Origin: Lingula anatina
Lineage: Eukaryota > Animalia > Brachiopoda
Direction: 5' to 3'
NCBI GenBank assembly: GCA_051362555.1
Contig: CM120640.1
Coordinates: forward strand, 2,976,001 to 3,040,000
DNA: 64,000 bases
The translations under genes and the position numbers were made by a program. The first letter of the stretch is position 1. The number at the start of each line of letters is the position of its first letter. Below, piece after piece: positions 25,539 to 38,758 of the stretch. The notes under the pieces are model-generated. The model ran no database searches. It saw only the letters and a program-made list of their open reading frames with translations, and was not told the origin of the DNA.

Positions 25539-25763
25539 CACCCCATTTCCATAGATTTTTAGATCGATCTATCCCTGTGGGGAGTCTCACTAGATTACTG
25601 TCAGCTTGGCCGGTTTAAGCGTCTGTCCCGCCTACTAAAAACTGTAAGGGGGTATTTAACTATGGTGCCCGCTCGGCTGACTGCAATTTAGCGTAGCCCC
25701 CAGGGAGTTAGGTCGATCTAAAACTTAATCTTTAGATCTATCTAAATCTCTGGGAAAGCACCC
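25539..25763 (+). mobile_element. Harbinger-like MITE (family A), second copy
   Basis: Core aligns by eye with 11168-11381 (GATCGATCTATCCC.GTGGGGAGTCTCACTA, CGCTCGGCTGAC, CCCCAGGGAGTTAGGTC); TTA/ATA flanks. Confidence 0.87.
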
Positions 25764-28700
25764 ATAGTCGTCCAAGATTTAAGCCCAAAAAGACGAAAAC
25801 CATATTTTTTTAACCAGGCTCTTGTAGTTGAAGACCACTCTCCGCCATTTGGTCTTGTCACTAGAGGCATTTGCTCTGGGAGATATTTGTTAGCCACATC
25901 TACGACACCGTCTGAGACAGCTATCGTTGTGTGCACGCAGATTGGTAAAATGTTTTCTCTAATTACCTATTGACTAGGACGAGGTCTCTCGGCACTGCAG
26001 TTAATCTGCGCCCAAGCTATCCAAGCGTCTCAAAATGAAATGGCCTTTTTAAGTATAACTTATTGTGCTTTATCTTTGGCGATTTGCATGAGTAGTTCAA
26101 TTTTTGCATATTAAGAAAGAAAATACTTTGTACTTTTAATTTGTATTTAAAAAATATTCAACCAACGTATTGAACGCTTAATGCCTGTCAGAAACGCTAG
26201 CTTTGGAGGCGTGTCGCCCACCGTGACAACTGGGGAGTCACCACCGGCCCGGCACTGCGCTTCTAGGCGCGGATGATTAAAAATCTCCAGCGCGTAACCA
26301 AGTATAATTCAATCTGCTCACATGTAATAACTCAAGTAAATGATTCAAGTTAAAGCTGGGATTGCATGTGCGTGTTCGATAGAAGAAGCTAATAAAGGTC
26401 ACTCTGATTTATAAATTCATTACAAATTATATTAATCCCATTCAACTCCTGGGAATTGATCCCCATACAAACACGTGCTAGGCGCAGTGAAAATGCTTCG
26501 GCTCAAGCTTTCAGTGAAAGCTTTGTACTGCTACTGTATGAAAAATGGTGGCAACAAAGGTCAGAATCTCTTTTACTCTTTCCATACACTTATTCTACTT
26601 TGCTCAAAGTCAGCGTTCTGATCCTATTCAAAGTAATAAATTCACATCCATGGTCGTAATTTGTTTGCGCTTTGAGCCATATCTGCTCAAATAGAAAGAC
26701 AAAAGATTGCCATATTTAATTCAACACGTTTCGTCTAGTCAAAATGCCGCCTGATCAGATATATTTTCTGTTGTGAATTTTTAGAGGAATAAAGGTTCGT
26801 TTGAAGTTTGATTGATCAGCATAATGTAACAATGTACTAAATTTGCTCTTGCCATAAAGAAGCTTGTTCAGTTTTGTACATTTCCGAGCGGATGTAATTT
26901 GCTTATAGAACAATTACCACGGTAGAACGCATGCGAATGTATGTGAAAACAAGAGTATGAGATACATACTGAAATGTGGTAAAAAAATGTGGTAAAAAAA
27001 TGGAGATTTTTGCCGTCGCAGGCGCTCAGTGTTCTCAAAAAAATTTTGTCACGACCATTTGCATATTTTTATTTCATAGTGTGGTGACAATTCGACGCGC
27101 TTTTGTCAACATCGGCAAAGCACAATCAAAACCTTACATAATTTCTATTCCGGCCTCAATTATATGCAGATACGCTGTCTCCAACAATAATTATGCTGTG
27201 CGCTTCGTGTGTAATTGAAACGATACTGGCATATTGGTTTATAATTGTTCCTACTGCTAGGAAATTGGCCTCCAGTGGTGAATTTTCCTTTCGTTAACGC
27301 AGAATTCATCAAGACTTGTGAAATGGGAGGTCTTGCAACGGTTATCCATCTCCGTTATTGGGTGCCGGGGGCCAGTCTGACTGTCTTCGTAAGCTGTCAG
27401 AAGTTTTTTTTCTCATTTCGTCCTCTCCAATATGTGTGTATCTTGATGTCGTGATTAGAGCAACCACAGAGTCGCCAACTAATATAAACCAACAAACATT
27501 TATGTAAGACATTTTGTTTGATTCTTTATGTTTTTTCCACCAACCAGTCGTGTGTATGATTGATAAAGGCACATGCGAACGTTGTTAATGGTGATGCAAA
27601 ACGCATTTTCTTATTATTAATGGATTTTAGACATAAGACATTTGTTATAGCTTGGTTATAAGCTTTGTTTCATATTTTAAAGGAAGGTAAATGCGGCGTA
27701 AGGTAAACCACTTTAGTCGTCTTCTCAAAACTCCCTGCACGGAATCAATAAAGGCCCACTTAAGTCTTTCCCGGTCACCATACCTACTGTTCGTCATCTA
27801 ACTGTTAATAACAATTACACCAAAGAACAAAAAAACTGATGTACTGACAAGCAGTCCTATGATTGTCGGCCATTGAATGAAATATTGATAACAATAAAAA
27901 GAATGTTAAATTGCCAGTGATACCCAATAAAATCGGAGGGACGTTGACGAAGATTTTTTTCAAAAATATGTCTTTTCGTGGCAGGTAGACGTAAAGATAT
28001 GAAATTGTTTATATGAGAGTGATTCAGTGACCAAATGCAATCCTCAGAGCCGTCTTAATTCAGTTGGATGCCCTTGTAAGCCAGCGACCCATGTTAGTGG
28101 TGGTTGTAAAGATAGAGCCTCGGGCAGTGCCTCGGCCAAGTCCGTTGTTCGAATCCATAATTCTTTTCTCATGCATTCACGGCGATTTTTTCTTATTTCA
28201 ATGTATGTATTTATTATGCTTTCTTCAATCAAAGAAAGACAATTGTACATCCAAACTTTGCACTGATAGTATTGGAATCGGGTGTAAAACAGTCACAAAA
28301 GTATTTCTGATGAAAGCTTCTTTAAATTTATTGTAAGCATAGAGACGGGTACAGTATTTTTACCCCAAATATTTCCCTTGGACTCATATTTTTAAAAGTA
28401 CAAGAAGTAAGCTCGTGGTAATCGATATTACATGCTATAATATGTTATCAACTTTACATGAGTGGGCCATAATTTTAGTTCCACAATTCTAAAATTTAAA
28501 AAAAGATGGTTCGGTGTAAAACAGAGTTTCGGTTCAAATCCAATTTTAAAAAGAGTTTTGGTGTGAAGGGCACAGTTTATGCATTATTTTTTGGTGTTAA
28601 AATGTGAATGCCAGCGAAAAAAACCATTCAGAAGTAATTTTAATCCACATACTAGATCAAATAATGCCTCCCATGCATTTAACAGAAGTCTTTAACAAAG

Positions 28701-31700
28701 CCTCAATCAACGTTTTTATCTTAGTGCAGAATATTTCCTCCTAGGTTTGCTCTTGAAGCCGACAGAATCTTTTAAAAGACTACATCAGGGTTTTCATTAT
28801 TGTGCAAAACGGTAAACCGTGATATGCAACCCAGTCGTGATTTCAAGAGGACCCATTGATTTCTATACGAAATCTTACGATTCACTGGGACGTTTTGTTG
28901 TGTTCACTGGTGTGTATGTTTACGAACTACTGGTAAATGTTCAATTATTGCCTTGAGAATTTGTAAATTAATTAAGACGTGGAAGGGGTGTTAACGAATT
29001 AATATGGGATGTTATAATTTTTCGCGGAAAATGCCAGCTGTCAACAAAACTAGTCAAGGTGTCAAACAACAAATTGATTGAGACTTGATTCTAGAAACAG
29101 GCAAATAGTCCAACTAGTCCAATAGGTCAACTTGATGTCCAAACTCATCTGACACCTCGATGATGAGGACTTAGAGGGCTGAGTTATGTCACCTCGGAGG
29201 TTCAAATATATACATGTAGGTACAGGTATATTACCATTGTTGAACGAGATGCCGATTAATATTGTTACGGCGTTTTTGCTTCGTAACTATTGATGAAAGG
29301 AGTCATTTCTCGGAATATATTTTATTTTATTTCTGAAGTGCAGCTTACAAGATTTCTAAGTGCTAACTTCGACCCAGTTGTCACCTCTCTCACGAGTAGC
29401 TGATCCTCCGTTTCAGCACTTGAGCTTTTTGGCACTTGGCTAACTTTTCAATAAATTTCACATATGTAAATACTATAATGAATAGCGTACCGTGTGCAAA
29501 TAGATAAGTGCCGTGTGCATTTTACCATATATGGTCAGCATTACTTTACTTACTGAACAAAGCTAATTGCATGGACAATACGTGAAATTATCATGCCTAA
29601 ATGCTGGATTACATGAGATTGGTTATACAGATAATTTACGACATGCAGCAAATATCTTCACCTTACTATGTAGGCCATAACGTGATGCAGGAGGCAGGTC
29701 ATTGTTTTTGCTTAATTATCATTAGCTATCAATGTCCAAATTTCCATAACTAATTGTCACGCCTCAAAAATGAAACATGACTTCACAAGTTAAATGCGAA
29801 GACGATCATCCGGTGAACCTATAAAGTGCATGGGGTTAGAAAGTACTCGGTATATAGAAGAGGGGTTTTCTAATTCAAATTTTTCATTTTAAGCGTTATG
29901 TTACCCAGTGACAATATTTTGCTCCGACGAAATGCGAATTGGAGTCCCACCTAAGTGAGGCTCAAATCCAAATATAAACACAGAGATAGTGATTGGGTTC
30001 GCTTTGGATATAAGAGCGTAGAAAGAATTCAAAGCAAAGTCTGTTATATGCTCAAAGTGTTTTGTAAAATTATATCATAATATGAAGTTTGTTGAAACGT
30101 CGATTTTTGTCTCAATGAGTGTAAATCAGATAAATGTCGGACACTTTATATGCGTGTGGAACCAGAAAATACTCAGGAACAACTCTGATTTGAGGACTTG
30201 ATTATAAAAAGCTCAGATCATCTGTGTATCCACTTAGTGGTGTCTCGAGGTGAAAAACATGACCAACCCTAGCTTACTCACATAGTGTGCTTTGCATTGA
30301 TGTTATTACACGCACATTTTGAATCGGTCCAAATGCGAGAAAATCAGCAAATCTCAACTGCACCAGCAAACAGACATTAAATGGTGACGCACATAAAATT
30401 ACCACCTTGTTTTTCCCAAAAAAAGAACCGTGCTGTTTGTAAAAACCATGATAACGTAAATGGAGTTTAGTAACTGGTGTGTTAAATCATTGATCGCAGT
30501 AAGCGAGGGGTGTCCAGGACGCGTCCCGCGCGTCTCATTAATCATGTCACTGTGACAGCGATGCGCCGAGCGTTTCATGGTCTCGTGTTCAGAATTAACA
30601 ATCTTACCAATCATAGTGTCTTGTGGACGTGCGTATTGCCAGAATAATGAAAACACAACCAATAATCTGTTGTTGACTGAATGGAAGAACTGAACGGGTA
30701 CTTTTTCCATACAGGCGTGTCCAATTCAGATGGCATCCGATCGATAAAGCGATACTGGCTGTTTGTTCCATAAATGAGTATTTAGAACTATCTCTTTACG
30801 CAAACAAAGTCGTGGCGGATGAGACCATTTACCGCCTCACTGTAATTTCATACGGTGATTATCATTGGCGTCAATTTCATGTATTATGCATAAAATGTTA
30901 CAAAAATCCATGCTGACGTAATAGAATGATTTATCTAATCAAAGCATCATACAATAATACTCCTAACCGTGCCTTATACAACTATTTTAGTAAAGAACCG
31001 CCTACAGGCCAACCGTTACAAGTGGTGGAAAGTGCTATGAAATTGAACGATTTTTTCCCCTAATATACGCGTTGTGGTGGCTCGAATATGAAAGAAGTAT
31101 GTCCAAAGCTTACTTCACTCTGTTTTCTCAAGTAATGTTAGTGTGTTTTTTAGTAAATAAAACTCTACCTTCAAACACCACAGTAGTCTTTTCCAGAAAA
31201 GAAACAACGTAAGCGAGCTGCATCTTCGTTTTGTGTACACGGTGCTTGACAGGAAAAACAGCGGTAAAACAGTGTAGTGACAGTAGATGAGAGATCAAAC
31301 AACTCGATAAAAAAAAAAAACGGCTTTCACAGTGCGTACAATATGCGTGTAAAACGAAACCAGTTCAATTTGTATGAAGGCGTAAAAAAATAACACTGTC
31401 TCAGATAGTTATAGGTATGAGTAAAAACGACCATTATGTAGCCAACACTGTTTGGATCTGATGTCCAATCCCGTATTTCTAAATAATGGGCAATAAGTGG
31501 ACTCCCACTCCCATTGCGGTTCAATTTACGCGGGGTTTGCCTGTCATTAGCGACCGTCACACACACATTCAAGCCTATCATATGCGGGAATTATAGTCAC
31601 TGAATATTTTCTGACCAAGCAAAAAGAGTAGTTGGCATTATATGGCAATCTTGATACTCATTTAAATCGCCCTTTGTTATTTTTTCTTTGAAAATAGCTA

Positions 31701-32814
31701 CAGTGCCTTGCCTTAACTAAATAACTTTTGAGCTATTTCATCCATTTTGCCCACTAAAAGATTTGGTCCAGAGCAAGCTCATATATATATATATATATAT
31801 GACTTCTAAAAGTTAATACGATATCTCAAAAAATTTAGATGTATCAATGTTTAGTTTTTGATGAAGTTAAAAAGTGTGCAAAGGAATACATATACAATTT
31901 ATTCAAAATATGTATTTTTCAAATACGTGTAGATAGAAAAGCCACCACATATTTTTTTTACTTAATGTGGCGGAATATGCTTTCATCAATACCTTCAATA
32001 TCCTTAGGTGATACTTAAGTATGTTGTGTGACATCAATCTGGGGCTAGGTGTGAACCAAACTGTTTATCATCTATATTAAAGGTTCAAAAACTGTTTATC
32101 GGGGTTCGTTTTTCTGTGGTTGCAAGATGCGTTGCGGTGAAGTAATACACAGTTATTGCAGCTGTTAATGACACAGCATCAGGAGCAGGCGGCGGACACT
32201 GGGCGTTCACTCCACTGGAAATTGGAGGAACGCAGTTAGTTATTACTGCTATGTGTAACCTGTAGAATGAAAAAATGCATGGGGTATCATCAAACAAATA
32301 AACTAAACCTTGTTTAACAGCACCTGTTGCCGCGTGTTGCCGCGCATATCGCTTTTCGACTGATTAATTGCCAAGAAAAGTAAAAATGTGAAACCTAAAT
32401 ATTTGGCAGTCCTGATACATGTATTTGGCATACATGTATTTGGCAGATAGGCCCGTAAATTATGAATTTACTTCGCAGTAATCAACAAATGACTGACGGA
32501 TGAAGATCAAAACCGATAGTATGCCTTCTTGATTTCTGTCAAATTTTAATTTTAATCATATTAAGTAATTAGAACTACTGGTACATCACTCTTTCGCTAT
32601 AATTTATTTTTACAGTGTGTTTTCGTTTCCATAATGGGCCCTCTCAAAGTAGAGGCACGAATACAGTGTCACTTTTCTGATCGTTTATCGACCAATCAAA
32701 CCTTGCAATCAGATGCCTAGAAATGAGGTTATAGCAACATTATAAAAAAAAGGATTGGACAAGTAAGAAACAATGATAATGGCGATTCATTGATTCAGAT
32801 TATTGTTAAATATT

Positions 32815-33240
32815 AGTCAACTATTTGTCTGTCTGTTAGCAACGGAATCCAAAGATTTTTGATGGATTTATTTATTTATTCATTAAATTTTTTTGAAACT
32901 GTCGAGGAGGGACTTGGTAACAAACGGTAGGATTTTGGTGATACATTGATAAATAACGTGATCTGTTAGCAACATTATGCAAAACGTTATTTAGGGATTT
33001 GAATGAAATTTTCGGGACAGCTCAGATTTGGTGAGGATTGATTAATTAATTAATGAGGTAATTAACTAATTTTAAAAGTTATACGAATTTAGCTTTTTTT
33101 TATAAGTAAAATTAATAATTAATTCAGTTAAATAAATGGGTTAATTAATTTGGAAGCTATTTAATAGATAATTGGTAATAATGAGAAATAAGCTACCTTG
33201 GCGGAGGTGTACGCTCTTTGAATGCTTTTTACTGTTAGTT
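32815..33240 (+). mobile_element. degenerate Helentron-associated (HINE-like) element
   Basis: TGTCTGTCTGTTAGCAAC start, repeated CTGTTAGCAAC, GGATTT..ATGAAATTTT, and 3' end TTGGCGGAGGTGTACGCTCT..TGCTTT..TAGTT resembling recalled HINE ends. Confidence 0.5.
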
Positions 33241-34687
33241 GCATATTACATGATTTCTTAATATTGGGTGGTGAGCCGTGAATACATATCTCTTATTTTT
33301 TTCTAATTAATCTTTTGACGAATCAGTTTTTGTAGATGTAAATATGCTTCTGTGTAACCCCGTTTTACGTAGTTTTTATAAGGGAAAAATCAATGATATA
33401 CAGCTTGTATGTTCTCTCCGATAAAATTGTACGGTATCATGACAGTTATTATATTTATTATTGAGACTTCTGCAAGTCCGATACAAAGCAACAATTTAAT
33501 AACACTTATCGCAGCCAAGTTATCGCTTTACGTATCTGTGTACTATGTAGTTAATTGATGACAACGTGTCATCTGATTAACTTGCGAGCGAAGAAATCTC
33601 AGTCACCATCAACAATCATTTCTTTTGATTTATATCCCATTATTGCCTAAAACCTGGCTCACGCGACGTTGCGCGGGGAGAATTGGAGCCGTGAGCATAA
33701 TACGCCAGTGCTGTAAAACACTTCAAGTTACTTAGCCATACACGTATCCTATCTAAATTAGCCTTTGTATCTCTCCCCATAGGAGCAGGCTGCAAATTTG
33801 TGATAGTCACCGGGATTTTTTCCACCAAATCCAATTTAGTTAAACTAGATAAAAACACCTTTGGCATTTGACTGATGTAGCTAACACAGGCCACTCTACC
33901 GATTTTGACACTCAGTGAATTAAAGGGAGTTGATAAACTTCTAATCATTCATATGGTGCAATAATTCGGCTGGCTGGAATCAGTTTTTACATTAAAGGAA
34001 AATTTGGCACACAGTCATGAACTCGATGAAGCTAAAGTCGTTATTTGTCGACAGCTGATAACCTTTGAGAATCGAGGTGTTAGCTTTATTACATGAGTGA
34101 TAAAGGAAATGCTGACCCATCCGCTACTTGCGTGGCAATGAAAGCCGTAAGCAGTGGGATGTCTTGAATAAAATTAAGATAGCCGTGTGGACTGTCAAAG
34201 GTTCAAGACCAACTCACTCCCAGAAAATTGCGGAATCCGAGAAAATTAATTTGATGCACATTGTATGTGAACTTTTGCCGTTTCCGTTTCAAGCGACCGA
34301 GAAAGTAACTTAAAGGTTTCGTTAATATGTATTACAGCATCCAATACCATCATATTTTCACGAATAGCTTTGATATATTCTAAGTGGAATGTTAAGAAGA
34401 AAATTAACATGAAAGATCTTTGTGGAAATTCATTAATCTACGCGAAAATTGCTGACGCCTGAGGATGAGGATGCCAAGGTGTGTTGATAATGACATAAGG
34501 TGACGCTGTGGTCTTAATTAAGCCTAAAGGAAGGGAAAGGGAGAGATTTTTCAAAGAAGGAGACGAATAAATATGAAAACATTTGAAGTCATACGAAAGG
34601 AATTTAAAAAGGACATGCCACCTGCCCAATAGTCCTGATAGCATCTGTTTTCTCCATAAGTTTTTCCACTTGTTTATCTATTTACAG

Positions 34688-34690
34688 TAT

Positions 34691-34725
<35 letters not shown>

Positions 34726-34728
34726 TTT
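34688..34728. repeat. (TATT)n microsatellite
   Basis: Directly visible. Confidence 0.9.
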
Positions 34729-37105
34729 GAGGGGGTGTCATCGAGTATTGCGCTGAAAACCCATGGAAACTTAATCACAATCAAAATAATGAGTCTTAAG
34801 ATGTTTGTCGAATAGTTTCCAGGTGTTTTGCTCTCAAATTGCCGTGGGGAATTTGTCAACTATTGTCAAAAGTCATCATTTCTACCAATAATTAAATCTT
34901 TATATATTGGTCGTAAAATACGCCGATACTTCAGCAATAGAATAATAGATATCATTAAAAGAAGACCTTTTCGCGGTGCCCGACTTTGCTGTTCTTTACT
35001 AACTGTTCTTTACTAAAACCTCAATTTTTGGCGTCCTTTTTTCCTAATCGTGTACAGCAAATATCATGAAAATTTTCATCTTTGAAAACATTATCTTTTT
35101 TTATAAGTCTACAAAGAATATAGACAGTTTGAGCAGCATGGTCACGTCTCCACCCACCATACGATATATGCCTGTGAAAAAAAGACGTCATACATGTACC
35201 AAGACTCACCGGGGAAAAAACAGCATTTAATATTTCATCCAGGTTTTATTTGGTCGTCTGATGGCGCAATTTAGTCTTGAACCAATCTCATTTTACAACT
35301 TGAGCATGTCTTGATAACTGTTGAAGTCTTCACCGTGTTTTCTCACTTCCTACGTTCATCCGCCCACGCCAACGAGCGTTTGGCCACGAGGCGAGTAATC
35401 CGCCCAAGTCGTGCACGCCTTGAAGTGCTATTCAGGATCCTTTTTTCTTAATGAAATGCCTACTTATAAGGTAGTAATCACACCTATCGTAGGATGAATA
35501 TGCATTTTCCACAGAAGGATTTCATCATGGTAATTGACTACCTTTTGATATTCTTCTTAATGTACAGGAGAGCGGAGGACAATGGCTGTGGGCCCGGGAA
35601 ACATTAATCAAACATGTACGAGATCGATAACGCACAGGACTCTCTTCTCCCCGTAAATGGTTCAGCTTAAATTAACCGACACTGTTTTAATGTGTACATT
35701 TTGTTGTTTTTTTCCCTATGTATATCAATGGAATTCGACGGAGATTTCCAAGACCAAAGCTTTCGTTGTCCTGAAAAGTCATGTATGGAGCCTCTTGTTC
35801 TGTTTGATTTATTGCGAACAATTTAACCTGACTGATTCTGAGTGAACGTTCAATTAACTTTTTTCACCGCAGAATTGATACACTTACAGATTGCTAGGCT
35901 GTCAAAGTTGTAAATACTTATCTATGTTTGCTTGGCGTGCTATAAAATGTTGCATTCTAAACCTTACAATTGTTTGTATAAAATGAATCATAATAACAAA
36001 GTTCATTTTTCGTTCAAAGAGTCTGGTCATAGTTTTGCATAACAGGAAGCATGCTTTTTAGAACCGAAAGAAAATTTGATCACTTAAGAAATTAAATCAA
36101 GGTAAAGCACTTTGCCTTTGGATACATTTTATAATTACATCCCCTGTCTATAAAGACAACTAATTTGATAACCTTTCTTGATTAAAAACGCCTAGAAACA
36201 TATCCTGTTCCTGGTGCTCAAATTTTTCCATTTCTAGGGGGATGAGTTATTTAAAACGTTGCGGTCTTCTTTACATCGCTGCCTACTAATTGTTTTATAT
36301 GCAATGTCAATGAGTACTTTAGTCTAACTTGCTGAACAAAGCCTTATTTTCTCACATTGTTATATTGTTGCTACCACTCCATCAAGCCGGCAGGTGCCTT
36401 AGAGTTATTAATATTGTGTATCAAAAATTAATTCTGCGTCCGAGGACGCCAGAAGATACATTTTTTCATTAGAGCTCTATTAACAACGTTATGTTCTCTA
36501 TGGGTATTATAGGCGCTGATTGCTTTATGAAAAACCAACATATCTTGTTTTTCATTTACAGTTCGTATAGCGTGTACCAAGGTGTATAGCAATGATTATT
36601 GCCGTTTGTAATATGTGCATAACTGATGACTAAATTGTACCACCAGTTCACTATAATTCGTATATACGTATAAATGCGAGTCCATTAAGTTAACTGCCGT
36701 ATTGTTAATATTATATATTAACATTTTTTCGTTTCTATTTTTTTTTTTAACAACGATAGCTATCACTTTAAAATATGAACGAAGTAGTCAATAGCAAAGA
36801 CATGTACATGTAGAGAAAGCGCGAAAATAATATGAATTAAAATCACCCTATCTGCTTGTCGCCTACTGGGCGTACGTCACCGACCAATATCCTGGTAAAT
36901 GTAAATCAGCGAATGCTAGATCGAGCGCTAATGAGATGGACGGTTGCCATGTTCCCACGTGCTTCTGTTCCTGTCATATAGAGTGAACACTCCGAGATTT
37001 TTCATTCATTTTGCTAGAGACTTCAAGAGAGCGAAAGCGAGCGAGAGAGCGGTCTAATCGTTATATTTTAGTTTATGTTCCATTCTTTTTTATTTATTAC
37101 AGAAC

Positions 37106-38758
37106 ATGGAACAAAGAACGAGTTGGTCACCACTTTTTAGACTTATAGTTACTCTGTGTGTCGTGCCAGTGTTAACGGCAGCTGACTACGTGAGCCCAGA
37201 TTTACTTATTCGGGGAACCAATGGGGCCGACAGGCAGCAAGCGTTCGCAGAAAAACGCATGGACAGAAACATGCTTTTGATGGGACTTGGGAAACGAAAC
37301 GGCCTCGACAAGCACGTGCTCTTCCAGGGGCTTGGGAAAAGAAACGGTTTGTATGTAACAGACTTCGGACCAAATCCTTACACATTTTCGAAAAGACGTA
37401 TGAGTAGGGGCATGTTGCTGGCTGGGATTGGTAAAAGAATGGACCGAAACATGCTCTTTACTGGGATTGGGAAACGGCCCATGGACCGTGCCATGCTAAT
37501 TCAGGGACTTGGCAAGCGTGCTGATCATGACTTTCTGTTGTCGAATCTAGATGATGGCGTTGCCGCCGGAATAGAACGCCGTCAAGACCCGAAGATGATT
37601 CTCATGGGTATAGGCAAAAGAAGCGCTCTCCTCAACAGTCACCCCTACGCTTTGATGCCCGAAGAAGACGAATTCGATTTGAATCCAAACTTTTCAGAAG
37701 ACGACATCCAAGATTATGACCTACAAGAGCGAGATTTGGACAACGCACTGAGGTTCGGCGGACTGGGGAAGAAACGCCGTCGTCGCAGCACTGCCGCCGT
37801 CCCATCATTAGAAAAAGATGTCTCAAAACGCGCGGCTGATGATTCGGTGTTATCTGAAGATCAAGGAGTCGACGGTTCAAAACAGAAGATCACCGCCAAA
37901 AAGAGAGGCATAGACCGGGCAATGCTGTTCTCCGGAATGGGGAAACGGGATTTCACCAAACGCGGTATGGACAGAAGCATGCTTTTCTCAGGGGTTGGGA
38001 AACGCGGATTTGACCGAAACATGCTTTTCACGGGAATGGGCAAAAGGTCTGACCCTAAGAGAGTGATGGACTCCCAAATGCTTCTGGCTGGTCTTGGAAA
38101 ACGACCCCACGACGAAGACGAAGACGAAGACGTAGACCATACTGCAATATTTAACGAGCTCGCCGACGCCATGGACCGCGCCGAGAGCCAGAAAAATGCC
38201 TCGGATGACGGCAATATAAATAGTGTTGACACAGCTGAAGATGATCGACTTAAAATACCCTATGATTATATATATGACGATGACGATAACATGAATGAAA
38301 AACGGTACAGCACAAAAATGTTGCTGACCGGACTCGGCAGACGACAGGATGACGCCGCCCAGGGCGAGTTTGATAAGAGAGGAATCGACCGCTCCATGTT
38401 GTTTTCGGGCGTCGGTAAGCGTCGGTTGTCCAAAATGCTTCTGACAGGGTTGGGAAAAAGGCGTCTCGATTCCAGTATGCTGTTCTCCGGATTAGGCAAA
38501 AGAGGCTATTCCAAGCTATTGCTCACAGGACTGGGGAAGAGGCGGTTAGATTCTAGCATGTTATTTTCTGGCCTTGGAAAACGTCGTATGGATTCTTCGA
38601 TGCTGTTTTCTGGATTAGGGAAAAGGCGCCTTTCAAACCAAATGTTGTTCTCTGGCCTTGGGAGACGCGAAACGAAACAGAACGTGGATAATTCAAAACG
38701 CCTAAATGATGACCAATCAGCTATTACGTCTGGAAGTGAAAAGCGGACCGTGTCATAG
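37106..38758 (+). CDS. AstA: multi-copy amidated neuropeptide precursor, allatostatin-A/buccalin type (550 aa, 19 peptides)
   Basis: Signal peptide (LFRLIVTLCVVPVLTA), then 19 units ending G-[LIVM]-G followed by KR, RR or KKRRRR (e.g. GMDRSMLFSGV, LDSSMLFSGL, DLDNALRFGGL) with acidic spacers. Acceptor ttttttatttattacag at 37102 lies 3 nt before the ATG. The neuropeptide call is secure; the family rests on resemblance to buccalin (GMDSLAFSGGLamide) and lophotrochozoan AstA. Confidence 0.9.
   Translation: MEQRTSWSPLFRLIVTLCVVPVLTAADYVSPDLLIRGTNGADRQQAFAEKRMDRNMLLMGLGKRNGLDKHVLFQGLGKRNGLYVTDFGPNPYTFSKRRMSRGMLLAGIGKRMDRNMLFTGIGKRPMDRAMLIQGLGKRADHDFLLSNLDDGVAAGIERRQDPKMILMGIGKRSALLNSHPYALMPEEDEFDLNPNFSEDDIQDYDLQERDLDNALRFGGLGKKRRRRSTAAVPSLEKDVSKRAADDSVLSEDQGVDGSKQKITAKKRGIDRAMLFSGMGKRDFTKRGMDRSMLFSGVGKRGFDRNMLFTGMGKRSDPKRVMDSQMLLAGLGKRPHDEDEDEDVDHTAIFNELADAMDRAESQKNASDDGNINSVDTAEDDRLKIPYDYIYDDDDNMNEKRYSTKMLLTGLGRRQDDAAQGEFDKRGIDRSMLFSGVGKRRLSKMLLTGLGKRRLDSSMLFSGLGKRGYSKLLLTGLGKRRLDSSMLFSGLGKRRMDSSMLFSGLGKRRLSNQMLFSGLGRRETKQNVDNSKRLNDDQSAITSGSEKRTVS

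Noticed and set aside
38302-38670. Regularly spaced repeats as a CRISPR-like array
   Set aside because: Eukaryotic coding peptide repeats, divergent at third positions; no constant DNA repeat or cas genes.
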